Translations under genes and position numbers: made by a program | The notes under the pieces: generated by a model | Seen by the model: the letters and a program-made list of their open reading frames with translations, nothing else | Told to the model about the DNA's origin: nothing | The model's database searches: none | Assembly (NCBI GenBank): GCA_040954595.2 | Contig: JBECUI020000029.1 | Span: forward strand, 186,001 to 250,000 | DNA: 64,000 nucleotides | Origin: Balanoglossus misakiensis | Taxonomy: Eukaryota; Animalia; Hemichordata | Direction of reading: 5' to 3' | In this document: piece after piece, positions 37,801-52,800 of the stretch | Layout of the letters: each line of letters starts with the position of its first letter | Numbering within the stretch: position 1 is the stretch's first letter

Positions 37801-40800
37801 TACCTTATATTTTCTGTAAAATAGACATTTAATTGGCAAGCCGTCCTGCATCAATTATTAATTGTGTACATGCACTAAAGCGCCCTCACTGCTGGGTGTG
37901 TTGTATGGTCTTTAACCCTGTTTCAAATTAGAGTACTTTCTGCAATTTCAAGACAGATCTTACGTGCCATTGGAGAGCTCCATTGACTGGTCATTCATAC
38001 TGTTTTCATTCATTCATTGCGGCATCAATATATTTTATCTATTCTAGCCAAAGAGCTTGGCACCTGTTGAAATGAACTCATCTGCTGTGGGCCAGTTTAT
38101 TGGTGGCAGTTGAGCTGAGGAGAGCACCTTCCTTCCCGGCACGCCACCAAGTAAAGTTCCACGCCGCCCACCACAGATGCCAGCATTCATTCATGCGAGT
38201 GAGTGTAATTGCAAATTTGCCTATTCTAGATTCTTACGTGCCATTGGAGAGCTCCATTGACTGGTCATTCATACTGTTTTCATTCATTCATTGCGGCATC
38301 AATATATTTTATCTATTCTAGCCAAAGAGCTTGGCACCTGTTGAAATGAACTCATCTGCTGTGGGCCAGTTTATTGGTGGCAGTTGAGCTGAGGAGAGCA
38401 CCTTCCTTCCCGGCACGCCACCAAGTAAAGTTCCACGCCGCCCACCACAGATGCCAGCATTCATTCATGCGAGTGAGTGTAATTGCAAATTTGCCTATTC
38501 TAGAATCTTACGTGCCATTGGAGAGCTCCATTGACTGGTCATTCATACTGTTTTCATTCATTCATTGCGGCATCAATATATTTTATCTATTCTAGCCAAA
38601 GAGCTTGGCACCTGTTGAAATGAACTCATCTGCTGTGGGCCAGTTTATTGGTGGCAGTTGAGCTGAGGAGAGCACCTTCCTTCCCGGCACGCCACCAAGT
38701 AAAGTTCCACGCCGCCCACCACAGATGCCAGCATTCATTCATGCGAGTGAGTGTAATTGCAAATTTGCCTATTCTAGATCTGTAATGGAAATGGAGAAAG
38801 TACCTTATATTTTCTGTAAAATAGACATTTAATTGGCAAGCCGTCCTGCATCAATTATTAATTGTGTACATGCACTAAAGCGCCCTCACTGCTGGGTGTG
38901 TTGTATGGTCTTTAACCCTGTTTCAAATTAGAGTACTTTCTGCAATTTCAAGACAGATCTTACGTGCCATTGGAGAGCTCCATTGACTGGTCATTCATAC
39001 TGTTTTCATTCATTCATTGCGGCATCAATATATTTTATCTATTCTAGCCAAAGAGCTTGGCACCTGTTGAAATGAACTCATCTGCTGTGGGCCAGTTTAT
39101 TGGTGGCAGTTGAGCTGAGGAGAGCACCTTCCTTCCCGGCACGCCACCAAGTAAAGTTCCACGCCGCCCACCACAGATGCCAGCATTCATTCATGCGAGT
39201 GAGTGTAATTGCAAATTTGCCTATTCTAGATCTGTAATGGAAATGGAGAAAGTACCTTATATTTTCTGTAAAATAGACATTTAATTGGCAAGCCGTCCTG
39301 CATCAATTATTAATTGTGTACATGCACTAAAGCGCCCTCACTGCTGGGTGTGTTGTATGGTCTTTAACCCTGTTTCAAATTAGAGTACTTTCTGCAATTT
39401 CAAGACAGATCTTACGTGCCATTGGAGAGCTCCATTGACTGGTCATTCATACTGTTTTCATTCATTCATTGCGGCATCAATATATTTTATCTATTCTAGC
39501 CAAAGAGCTTGGCACCTGTTGAAATGAACTCATCTGCTGTGGGCCAGTTTATTGGTGGCAGTTGAGCTGAGGAGAGCACCTTCCTTCCCGGCACGCCACC
39601 AAGTAAAGTTCCACGCCGCCCACCACAGATGCCAGCATTCATTCATGCGAGTGAGTGTAATTGCAAATTTGCCTATTCTAGATCTGTAATGGAAATGGAG
39701 AAAGTACCTTATATTTTCTGTAAAATAGACATTTAATTGGCAAGCCGTCCTGCATCAATTATTAATTGTGTACATGCACTAAAGCGCCCTCACTGCTGGG
39801 TGTGTTGTATGGTCTTTAACCCTGTTTCAAATTAGAGTACTTTCTGCAATTTCAAGACAGATCTTACGTGCCATTGGAGAGCTCCATTGACTGGTCATTC
39901 ATACTGTTTTCATTCATTCATTGCGGCATCAATATATTTTATCTATTCTAGCCAAAGAGCTTGGCACCTGTTGAAATGAACTCATCTGCTGTGGGCCAGT
40001 TTATTGGTGGCAGTTGAGCTGAGGAGAGCACCTTCCTTCCCGGCACGCCACCAAGTAAAGTTCCACGCCGCCCACCACAGATGCCAGCATTCATTCATGC
40101 GAGTGAGTGTAATTGCAAATTTGCCTATTCTAGATCTGTAATGGAAATGGAGAAAGTACCTTATATTTTCTGTAAAATAGACATTTAATTGGCAAGCCGT
40201 CCTGCATCAATTATTAATTGTGTACATGCACTAAAGCGCCCTCACTGCTGGGTGTGTTGTATGGTCTTTAACCCTGTTTCAAATTAGAGTACTTTCTGCA
40301 ATTTCAAGACAGATCTTACGTGCCATTGGAGAGCTCCATTGACTGGTCATTCATACTGTTTTCATTCATTCATTGCGGCATCAATATATTTTATCTATTC
40401 TAGCCAAAGAGCTTGGCACCTGTTGAAATGAACTCATCTGCTGTGGGCCAGTTTATTGGTGGCAGTTGAGCTGAGGAGAGCACCTTCCTTCCCGGCACGC
40501 CACCAAGTAAAGTTCCACGCCGCCCACCACAGATGCCAGCATTCATTCATGCGAGTGAGTGTAATTGCAAATTTGCCTATTCTAGATCTGTAATGGAAAT
40601 GGAGAAAGTACCTTATATTTTCTGTAAAATAGACATTTAATTGGCAAGCCGTCCTGCATCAATTATTAATTGTGTACATGCACTAAAGCGCCCTCACTGC
40701 TGGGTGTGTTGTATGGTCTTTAACCCTGTTTCAAATTAGAGTACTTTCTGCAATTTCAAGACAGATCTTACGTGCCATTGGAGAGCTCCATTGACTGGTC

Positions 40801-43800
40801 ATTCATACTGTTTTCATTCATTCATTGCGGCATCAATATATTTTATCTATTCTAGCCAAAGAGCTTGGCACCTGTTGAAATGAACTCATCTGCTGTGGGC
40901 CAGTTTATTGGTGGCAGTTGAGCTGAGGAGAGCACCTTCCTTCCCGGCACGCCACCAAGTAAAGTTCCACGCCGCCCACCACAGATGCCAGCATTCATTC
41001 ATGCGAGTGAGTGTAATTGCAAATTTGCCTATTCTAGATCTGTAATGGAAATGGAGAAAGTACCTTATATTTTCTGTAAAATAGACATTTAATTGGCAAG
41101 CCGTCCTGCATCAATTATTAATTGTGTACATGCACTAAAGCGCCCTCACTGCTGGGTGTGTTGTATGGTCTTTAACCCTGTTTCAAATTAGAGTACTTTC
41201 TGCAATTTCAAGACAGATCTTACGTGCCATTGGAGAGCTCCATTGACTGGTCATTCATACTGTTTTCATTCATTCATTGCGGCATCAATATATTTTATCT
41301 ATTCTAGCCAAAGAGCTTGGCACCTGTTGAAATGAACTCATCTGCTGTGGGCCAGTTTATTGGTGGCAGTTGAGCTGAGGAGAGCACCTTCTTTCCCGGC
41401 ACGCCACCAAGTAAAGTTCCACGCCGCCCACCACAGATGCCAGCATTCATTCATGCGAGTGAGTGTAATTGCAAATTTGCCTATTTACGTGCCATTGGAG
41501 AGCTCCATTGACTGGTCATTCATACTGTTTTCATTCATTCATTGCGGCATCAATATATTTTATCTATTCTAGCCAAAGAGCTTGGCACCTGTTGAAATGA
41601 ACTCATCTGCTGTGGGCCAGTTTATTGGTGGCAGTTGAGCTGAGGAGAGCACCTTCCTTCCCGGCACGCCACCAAGTAAAGTTCCACGCCGCCCACCACA
41701 GATGCCAGCATTCATTCATGCGAGTGAGTGTAATTGCAAATTTGCCTATTCTAGATCTGTAATGGAAATGGAGAAAGTACCTTATATTTTCTGTAAAATA
41801 GACATTTAATTGGCAAGCCGTCCTGCATCAATTATTAATTGTGTACATGCACTAAAGCGCCCTCACTGCTGGGTGTGTTGTATGGTCTTTAACCCTGTTT
41901 CAAATTAGAGTACTTTCTGCAATTTCAAGACAGATCTTACGTGCCATTGGAGAGCTCCATTGACTGGTCATTCATACTGTTTTCATTCATTCATTGCGGC
42001 ATCAATATATTTTATCTATTCTAGCCAAAGAGCTTGGCACCTGTTGAAATGAACTCATCTGCTGTGGGCCAGTTTATTGGTGGCAGTTGAGCTGAGGAGA
42101 GCACCTTCCTTCCCGGCACGCCACCAAGTAAAGTTCCACGCCGCCCACCACAGATGCCAGCATTCATTCATGCGAGTGAGTGTAATTGCAAATTTGCCTA
42201 TTCTAGAATTCTTACGTGCCATTGGAGAGCTCCATTGACTGGTCATTCATACTGTTTTCATTCATTCATTGCGGCATCAATATATTTTATCTATTCTAGC
42301 CAAAGAGCTTGGCACCTGTTGAAATGAACTCATCTGCTGTGGGCCAGTTTATTGGTGGCAGTTGAGCTGAGGAGAGCACCTTCCTTCCCGGCACGCCACC
42401 AAGTAAAGTTCCACGCCGCCCACCACAGATGCCAGCATTCATTCATGCGAGTGAGTGTAATTGCAAATTTGCCTATTCTAGATCTGTAATGGAAATGGAG
42501 AAAGTACCTTATATTTTCTGTAAAATAGACATTTAATTGGCAAGCCGTCCTGCATCAATTATTAATTGTGTACATGCACTAAAGCGCCCTCACTGCTGGG
42601 TGTGTTGTATGGTCTTTAACCCTGTTTCAAATTAGAGTACTTTCTGCAATTTCAAGACAGATCTTACGTGCCATTGGAGAGCTCCATTGACTGGTCATTC
42701 ATACTGTTTTCATTCATTCATTGCGGCATCAATATATTTTATCTATTCTAGCCAAAGAGCTTGGCACCTGTTGAAATGAACTCATCTGCTGTGGGCCAGT
42801 TTATTGGTGGCAGTTGAGCTGAGGAGAGCACCTTCTTTCCCGGCACGCCACCAAGTAAAGTTCCACGCCGCCCACCACAGATGCCAGCATTCATTCATGC
42901 GAGTGAGTGTAATTGCAAATTTGCCTATTCTAGAATCTTACGTGCCATTGGAGAGCTCCATTGACTGGTCATTCATACTGTTTTCATTCATTCATTGCGG
43001 CATCAATATATTTTATCTATTCTAGCCAAAGAGCTTGGCACCTGTTGAAATGAACTCATCTGCTGTGGGCCAGTTTATTGGTGGCAGTTGAGCTGAGGAG
43101 AGCACCTTCTTTCCCGGCACGCCACCAAGTAAAGTTCCACGCCGCCCACCACAGATGCCAGCATTCATTCATGCGAGTGAGTGTAATTGCAAATTTGCCT
43201 ATTTACGTGCCATTGGAGAGCTCCATTGACTGGTCATTCATACTGTTTTCATTCATTCATTGCGGCATCAATATATTTTATCTATTCTAGCCAAAGAGCT
43301 TGGCACCTGTTGAAATGAACTCATCTGCTGTGGGCCAGTTTATTGGTGGCAGTTGAGCTGAGGAGAGCACCTTCCTTCCCGGCACGCCACCAAGTAAAGT
43401 TCCACGCCGCCCACCACAGATGCCAGCATTCATTCATGCGAGTGAGTGTAATTGCAAATTTGCCTATTCTAGATCTGTAATGGAAATGGAGAAAGTACCT
43501 TATATTTTCTGTAAAATAGACATTTAATTGGCAAGCCGTCCTGCATCAATTATTAATTGTGTACATGCACTAAAGCGCCCTCACTGCTGGGTGTGTTGTA
43601 TGGTCTTTAACCCTGTTTCAAATTAGAGTACTTTCTGCAATTTCAAGACAGATCTTACGTGCCATTGGAGAGCTCCATTGACTGGTCATTCATACTGTTT
43701 TCATTCATTCATTGCGGCATCAATATATTTTATCTATTCTAGCCAAAGAGCTTGGCACCTGTTGAAATGAACTCATCTGCTGTGGGCCAGTTTATTGGTG

Positions 43801-46800
43801 GCAGTTGAGCTGAGGAGAGCACCTTCTTTCCCGGCACGCCACCAAGTAAAGTTCCACGCCGCCCACCACAGATGCCAGCATTCATTCATGCGAGTGAGTG
43901 TAATTGCAAATTTGCCTATTCTAGAATCTTACGTGCCATTGGAGAGCTCCATTGACTGGTCATTCATACTGTTTTCATTCATTCATTGCGGCATCAATAT
44001 ATTTTATCTATTCTAGCCAAAGAGCTTGGCACCTGTTGAAATGAACTCATCTGCTGTGGGCCAGTTTATTGGTGGCAGTTGAGCTGAGGAGAGCACCTTC
44101 TTTCCCGGCACGCCACCAAGTAAAGTTCCACGCCGCCCACCACAGATGCCAGCATTCATTCATGCGAGTGAGTGTAATTGCAAATTTGCCTATTCTAGAA
44201 TCTTACGTGCCATTGGAGAGCTCCATTGACTGGTCATTCATACTGTTTTCATTCATTCATTGCGGCATCAATATATTTTATCTATTCTAGCCAAAGAGCT
44301 TGGCACCTGTTGAAATGAACTCATCTGCTGTGGGCCAGTTTATTGGTGGCAGTTGAGCTGAGGAGAGCACCTTCCTTCCCGGCACGCCACCAAGTAAAGT
44401 TCCACGCCGCCCACCACAGATGCCAGCATTCATTCATGCGAGTGAGTGTAATTGCAAATTTGCCTATTCTAGAATCTTACGTGCCATTGGAGAGCTCCAT
44501 TGACTGGTCATTCATACTGTTTTCATTCATTCATTGCGGCATCAATATATTTTATCTATTCTAGCCAAAGAGCTTGGCACCTGTTGAAATGAACTCATCT
44601 GCTGTGGGCCAGTTTATTGGTGGCAGTTGAGCTGAGGAGAGCACCTTCCTTCCCGGCACGCCACCAAGTAAAGTTCCACGCCGCCCACCACAGATGCCAG
44701 CATTCATTCATGCGAGTGAGTGTAATTGCAAATTTGCCTATTCTAGAATCTTACGTGCCATTGGAGAGCTCCATTGACTGGTCATTCATACTGTTTTCAT
44801 TCATTCATTGCGGCATCAATATATTTTATCTATTCTAGCCGAAGAGCTTGGCACCTGTTGAAATGAACTCATCTGCTGTGGGCCAGTTTATTGGTGGCAG
44901 TTGAGCTGAGGAGAGCACCTTCCTTCCCGGCACGCCACCAAGTAAAGTTCCACGCCGCCCACCACAGATGCCAGCATTCATTCATGCGAGTGAGTGTAAT
45001 TGCAAATTTGCCTATTCTAGATCTGTAATGGAAATGGAGAAAGTACCTTATATTTTCTGTAAAATAGACATTTAATTGGCAAGCCGTCCTGCATCAATTA
45101 TTAATTGTGTACATGCACTAAAGCGCCCTCACTGCTGGGTGTGTTGTATGGTCTTTAACCCTGTTTCAAATTAGAGTACTTTCTGCAATTTCAAGACAGA
45201 TCTTACGTGCCATTGGAGAGCTCCATTGACTGGTCATTCATACTGTTTTCATTCATTCATTGCGGCATCAATATATTTTATCTATTCTAGCCAAAGAGCT
45301 TGGCACCTGTTGAAATGAACTCATCTGCTGTGGGCCAGTTTATTGGTGGCAGTTGAGCTGAGGAGAGCACCTTCCTTCCCGGCACGCCACCAAGTAAAGT
45401 TCCACGCCGCCCACCACAGATGCCAGCATTCATTCATGCGAGTGAGTGTAATTGCAAATTTGCCTATTCTAGATTCTTACGTGCCATTGGAGAGCTCCAT
45501 TGACTGGTCATTCATACTGTTTTCATTCATTCATTGCGGCATCAATATATTTTATCTATTCTAGCCAAAGAGCTTGGCACCTGTTGAAATGAACTCATCT
45601 GCTGTGGGCCAGTTTATTGGTGGCAGTTGAGCTGAGGAGAGCACCTTCCTTCCCGGCACGCCACCAAGTAAAGTTCCACGCCGCCCACCACAGATGCCAG
45701 CATTCATTCATGCGAGTGAGTGTAATTGCAAATTTGCCTATTCTAGAATCTTACGTGCCATTGGAGAGCTCCATTGACTGGTCATTCATACTGTTTTCAT
45801 TCATTCATTGCGGCATCAATATATTTTATCTATTCTAGCCAAAGAGCTTGGCACCTGTTGAAATGAACTCATCTGCTGTGGGCCAGTTTATTGGTGGCAG
45901 TTGAGCTGAGGAGAGCACCTTCCTTCCCGGCACGCCACCAAGTAAAGTTCCACGCCGCCCACCACAGATGCCAGCATTCATTCATGCGAGTGAGTGTAAT
46001 TGCAAATTTGCCTATTCTAGATCTGTAATGGAAATGGAGAAAGTACCTTATATTTTCTGTAAAATAGACATTTAATTGGCAAGCCGTCCTGCATCAATTA
46101 TTAATTGTGTACATGCACTAAAGCGCCCTCACTGCTGGGTGTGTTGTATGGTCTTTAACCCTGTTTCAAATTAGAGTACTTTCTGCAATTTCAAGACAGA
46201 TCTTACGTGCCATTGGAGAGCTCCATTGACTGGTCATTCATACTGTTTTCATTCATTCATTGCGGCATCAATATATTTTATCTATTCTAGCCAAAGAGCT
46301 TGGCACCTGTTGAAATGAACTCATCTGCTGTGGGCCAGTTTATTGGTGGCAGTTGAGCTGAGGAGAGCACCTTCCTTCCCGGCACGCCACCAAGTAAAGT
46401 TCCACGCCGCCCACCACAGATGCCAGCATTCATTCATGCGAGTGAGTGTAATTGCAAATTTGCCTATTCTAGATCTGTAATGGAAATGGAGAAAGTACCT
46501 TATATTTTCTGTAAAATAGACATTTAATTGGCAAGCCGTCCTGCATCAATTATTAATTGTGTACATGCACTAAAGCGCCCTCACTGCTGGGTGTGTTGTA
46601 TGGTCTTTAACCCTGTTTCAAATTAGAGTACTTTCTGCAATTTCAAGACAGATCTTACGTGCCATTGGAGAGCTCCATTGACTGGTCATTCATACTGTTT
46701 TCATTCATTCATTGCGGCATCAATATATTTTATCTATTCTAGCCAAAGAGCTTGGCACCTGTTGAAATGAACTCATCTGCTGTGGGCCAGTTTATTGGTG

Positions 46801-49800
46801 GCAGTTGAGCTGAGGAGAGCACCTTCCTTCCCGGCACGCCACCAAGTAAAGTTCCACGCCGCCCACCACAGATGCCAGCATTCATTCATGCGAGTGAGTG
46901 TAATTGCAAATTTGCCTATTCTAGATCTGTAATGGAAATGGAGAAAGTACCTTATATTTTCTGTAAAATAGACATTTAATTGGCAAGCCGTCCTGCATCA
47001 ATTATTAATTGTGTACATGCACTAAAGCGCCCTCACTGCTGGGTGTGTTGTATGGTCTTTAACCCTGTTTCAAATTAGAGTACTTTCTGCAATTTCAAGA
47101 CAGATCTTACGTGCCATTGGAGAGCTCCATTGACTGGTCATTCATACTGTTTTCATTCATTCATTGCGGCATCAATATATTTTATCTATTCTAGCCAAAG
47201 AGCTTGGCACCTGTTGAAATGAACTCATCTGCTGTGGGCCAGTTTATTGGTGGCAGTTGAGCTGAGGAGAGCACCTTCCTTCCCGGCACGCCACCAAGTA
47301 AAGTTCCACGCCGCCCACCACAGATGCCAGCATTCATTCATGCGAGTGAGTGTAATTGCAAATTTGCCTATTCTAGAATTCTTACGTGCCATTGGAGAGC
47401 TCCATTGACTGGTCATTCATACTGTTTTCATTCATTCATTGCGGCATCAATATATTTTATCTATTCTAGCCAAAGAGCTTGGCACCTGTTGAAATGAACT
47501 CATCTGCTGTGGGCCAGTTTATTGGTGGCAGTTGAGCTGAGGAGAGCACCTTCCTTCCCGGCACGCCACCAAGTAAAGTTCCACGCCGCCCACCACAGAT
47601 GCCAGCATTCATTCATGCGAGTGAGTGTAATTGCAAATTTGCCTATTCTAGATCTGTAATGGAAATGGAGAAAGTACCTTATATTTTCTGTAAAATAGAC
47701 ATTTAATTGGCAAGCCGTCCTGCATCAATTATTAATTGTGTACATGCACTAAAGCGCCCTCACTGCTGGGTGTGTTGTATGGTCTTTAACCCTGTTTCAA
47801 ATTAGAGTACTTTCTGCAATTTCAAGACAGATCTTACGTGCCATTGGAGAGCTCCATTGACTGGTCATTCATACTGTTTTCATTCATTCATTGCGGCATC
47901 AATATATTTTATCTATTCTAGCCAAAGAGCTTGGCACCTGTTGAAATGAACTCATCTGCTGTGGGCCAGTTTATTGGTGGCAGTTGAGCTGAGGAGAGCA
48001 CCTTCTTTCCCGGCACGCCACCAAGTAAAGTTCCACGCCGCCCACCACAGATGCCAGCATTCATTCATGCGAGTGAGTGTAATTGCAAATTTGCCTATTC
48101 TAGAATCTTACGTGCCATTGGAGAGCTCCATTGACTGGTCATTCATACTGTTTTCATTCATTCATTGCGGCATCAATATATTTTATCTATTCTAGCCAAA
48201 GAGCTTGGCACCTGTTGAAATGAACTCATCTGCTGTGGGCCAGTTTATTGGTGGCAGTTGAGCTGAGGAGAGCACCTTCTTTCCCGGCACGCCACCAAGT
48301 AAAGTTCCACGCCGCCCACCACAGATGCCAGCATTCATTCATGCGAGTGAGTGTAATTGCAAATTTGCCTATTTACGTGCCATTGGAGAGCTCCATTGAC
48401 TGGTCATTCATACTGTTTTCATTCATTCATTGCGGCATCAATATATTTTATCTATTCTAGCCAAAGAGCTTGGCACCTGTTGAAATGAACTCATCTGCTG
48501 TGGGCCAGTTTATTGGTGGCAGTTGAGCTGAGGAGAGCACCTTCCTTCCCGGCACGCCACCAAGTAAAGTTCCACGCCGCCCACCACAGATGCCAGCATT
48601 CATTCATGCGAGTGAGTGTAATTGCAAATTTGCCTATTCTAGATCTGTAATGGAAATGGAGAAAGTACCTTATATTTTCTGTAAAATAGACATTTAATTG
48701 GCAAGCCGTCCTGCATCAATTATTAATTGTGTACATGCACTAAAGCGCCCTCACTGCTGGGTGTGTTGTATGGTCTTTAACCCTGTTTCAAATTAGAGTA
48801 CTTTCTGCAATTTCAAGACAGATCTTACGTGCCATTGGAGAGCTCCATTGACTGGTCATTCATACTGTTTTCATTCATTCATTGCGGCATCAATATATTT
48901 TATCTATTCTAGCCAAAGAGCTTGGCACCTGTTGAAATGAACTCATCTGCTGTGGGCCAGTTTATTGGTGGCAGTTGAGCTGAGGAGAGCACCTTCTTTC
49001 CCGGCACGCCACCAAGTAAAGTTCCACGCCGCCCACCACAGATGCCAGCATTCATTCATGCGAGTGAGTGTAATTGCAAATTTGCCTATTCTAGAATCTT
49101 ACGTGCCATTGGAGAGCTCCATTGACTGGTCATTCATACTGTTTTCATTTATTCATTGCGGCATCAATATATTTTATCTATTCTAGCCAAAGAGCTTGGC
49201 ACCTGTTGAAATGAACTCATCTGCTGTGGGCCAGTTTATTGGTGGCAGTTGAGCTGAGGAGAGCACCTTCTTTCCCGGCACGCCACCAAGTAAAGTTCCA
49301 CGCCGCCCACCACAGATGCCAGCATTCATTCATGCGAGTGAGTGTAATTGCAAATTTGCCTATTCTAGAATCTTACGTGCCATTGGAGAGCTCCATTGAC
49401 TGGTCATTCATACTGTTTTCATTCATTCATTGCAGCATCAATATATTTTATCTATTCTAGCCAAAGAGCTTGGCACCTGTTGAAATGAACTCATCTGCTG
49501 TGGGCCAGTTTATTGGTGGCAGTTGAGCTGAGGAGAGCACCTTCCTTCCCGGCACGCCACCAAGTAAAGTTCCACGCCGCCCACCACAGATGCCAGCATT
49601 CATTCATGCGAGTGAGTGTAATTGCAAATTTGCCTATTCTAGAATCTTACGTGCCATTGGAGAGCTCCATTGACTGGTCATTCATACTGTTTTCATTCAT
49701 TCATTGCGGCATCAATATATTTTATCTATTCTAGCCAAAGAGCTTGGCACCTGTTGAAATGAACTCATCTGCTGTGGGCCAGTTTATTGGTGGCAGTTGA

Positions 49801-52800
49801 GCTGAGGAGAGCACCTTCCTTCCCGGCACGCCACCAAGTAAAGTTCCACGCCGCCCACCACAGATGCCAGCATTCATTCATGCGAGTGAGTGTAATTGCA
49901 AATTTGCCTATTCTAGAATCTTACGTGCCATTGGAGAGCTCCATTGACTGGTCATTCATACTGTTTTCATTCATTCATTGCGGCATCAATATATTTTATC
50001 TATTCTAGCCGAAGAGCTTGGCACCTGTTGAAATGAACTCATCTGCTGTGGGCCAGTTTATTGGTGGCAGTTGAGCTGAGGAGAGCACCTTCCTTCCCGG
50101 CACGCCACCAAGTAAAGTTCCACGCCGCCCACCACAGATGCCAGCATTCATTCATGCGAGTGAGTGTAATTGCAAATTTGCCTATTCTAGATCTGTAATG
50201 GAAATGGAGAAAGTACCTTATATTTTCTGTAAAATAGACATTTAATTGGCAAGCCGTCCTGCATCAATTATTAATTGTGTACATGCACTAAAGCGCCCTC
50301 ACTGCTGGGTGTGTTGTATGGTCTTTAACCCTGTTTCAAATTAGAGTACTTTCTGCAATTTCAAGACAGATCTTACGTGCCATTGGAGAGCTCCATTGAC
50401 TGGTCATTCATACTGTTTTCATTCATTCATTGCGGCATCAATATATTTTATCTATTCTAGCCAAAGAGCTTGGCACCTGTTGAAATGAACTCATCTGCTG
50501 TGGGCCAGTTTATTGGTGGCAGTTGAGCTGAGGAGAGCACCTTCCTTCCCGGCACGCCACCAAGTAAAGTTCCACGCCGCCCACCACAGATGCCAGCATT
50601 CATTCATGCGAGTGAGTGTAATTGCAAATTTGCCTATTCTAGATTCTTACGTGCCATTGGAGAGCTCCATTGACTGGTCATTCATACTGTTTTCATTCAT
50701 TCATTGCGGCATCAATATATTTTATCTATTCTAGCCAAAGAGCTTGGCACCTGTTGAAATGAACTCATCTGCTGTGGGCCAGTTTATTGGTGGCAGTTGA
50801 GCTGAGGAGAGCACCTTCCTTCCCGGCACGCCACCAAGTAAAGTTCCACGCCGCCCACCACAGATGCCAGCATTCATTCATGCGAGTGAGTGTAATTGCA
50901 AATTTGCCTATTCTAGAATCTTACGTGCCATTGGAGAGCTCCATTGACTGGTCATTCATACTGTTTTCATTCATTCATTGCGGCATCAATATATTTTATC
51001 TATTCTAGCCAAAGAGCTTGGCACCTGTTGAAATGAACTCATCTGCTGTGGGCCAGTTTATTGGTGGCAGTTGAGCTGAGGAGAGCACCTTCCTTCCCGG
51101 CACGCCACCAAGTAAAGTTCCACGCCGCCCACCACAGATGCCAGCATTCATTCATGCGAGTGAGTGTAATTGCAAATTTGCCTATTCTAGATCTGTAATG
51201 GAAATGGAGAAAGTACCTTATATTTTCTGTAAAATAGACATTTAATTGGCAAGCCGTCCTGCATCAATTATTAATTGTGTACATGCACTAAAGCGCCCTC
51301 ACTGCTGGGTGTGTTGTATGGTCTTTAACCCTGTTTCAAATTAGAGTACTTTCTGCAATTTCAAGACAGATCTTACGTGCCATTGGAGAGCTCCATTGAC
51401 TGGTCATTCATACTGTTTTCATTCATTCATTGCGGCATCAATATATTTTATCTATTCTAGCCAAAGAGCTTGGCACCTGTTGAAATGAACTCATCTGCTG
51501 TGGGCCAGTTTATTGGTGGCAGTTGAGCTGAGGAGAGCACCTTCCTTCCCGGCACGCCACCAAGTAAAGTTCCACGCCGCCCACCACAGATGCCAGCATT
51601 CATTCATGCGAGTGAGTGTAATTGCAAATTTGCCTATTCTAGATCTGTAATGGAAATGGAGAAAGTACCTTATATTTTCTGTAAAATAGACATTTAATTG
51701 GCAAGCCGTCCTGCATCAATTATTAATTGTGTACATGCACTAAAGCGCCCTCACTGCTGGGTGTGTTGTATGGTCTTTAACCCTGTTTCAAATTAGAGTA
51801 CTTTCTGCAATTTCAAGACAGATCTTACGTGCCATTGGAGAGCTCCATTGACTGGTCATTCATACTGTTTTCATTCATTCATTGCGGCATCAATATATTT
51901 TATCTATTCTAGCCAAAGAGCTTGGCACCTGTTGAAATGAACTCATCTGCTGTGGGCCAGTTTATTGGTGGCAGTTGAGCTGAGGAGAGCACCTTCCTTC
52001 CCGGCACGCCACCAAGTAAAGTTCCACGCCGCCCACCACAGATGCCAGCATTCATTCATGCGAGTGAGTGTAATTGCAAATTTGCCTATTCTAGATCTGT
52101 AATGGAAATGGAGAAAGTACCTTATATTTTCTGTAAAATAGACATTTAATTGGCAAGCCGTCCTGCATCAATTATTAATTGTGTACATGCACTAAAGCGC
52201 CCTCACTGCTGGGTGTGTTGTATGGTCTTTAACCCTGTTTCAAATTAGAGTACTTTCTGCAATTTCAAGACAGATCTTACGTGCCATTGGAGAGCTCCAT
52301 TGACTGGTCATTCATACTGTTTTCATTCATTCATTGCGGCATCAATATATTTTATCTATTCTAGCCAAAGAGCTTGGCACCTGTTGAAATGAACTCATCT
52401 GCTGTGGGCCAGTTTATTGGTGGCAGTTGAGCTGAGGAGAGCACCTTCCTTCCCGGCACGCCACCAAGTAAAGTTCCACGCCGCCCACCACAGATGCCAG
52501 CATTCATTCATGCGAGTGAGTGTAATTGCAAATTTGCCTATTCTAGATCTGTAATGGAAATGGAGAAAGTACCTTATATTTTCTGTAAAATAGACATTTA
52601 ATTGGCAAGCCGTCCTGCATCAATTATTAATTGTGTACATGCACTAAAGCGCCCTCACTGCTGGGTGTGTTGTATGGTCTTTAACCCTGTTTCAAATTAG
52701 AGTACTTTCTGCAATTTCAAGACAGATCTTACGTGCCATTGGAGAGCTCCATTGACTGGTCATTCATACTGTTTTCATTCATTCATTGCGGCATCAATAT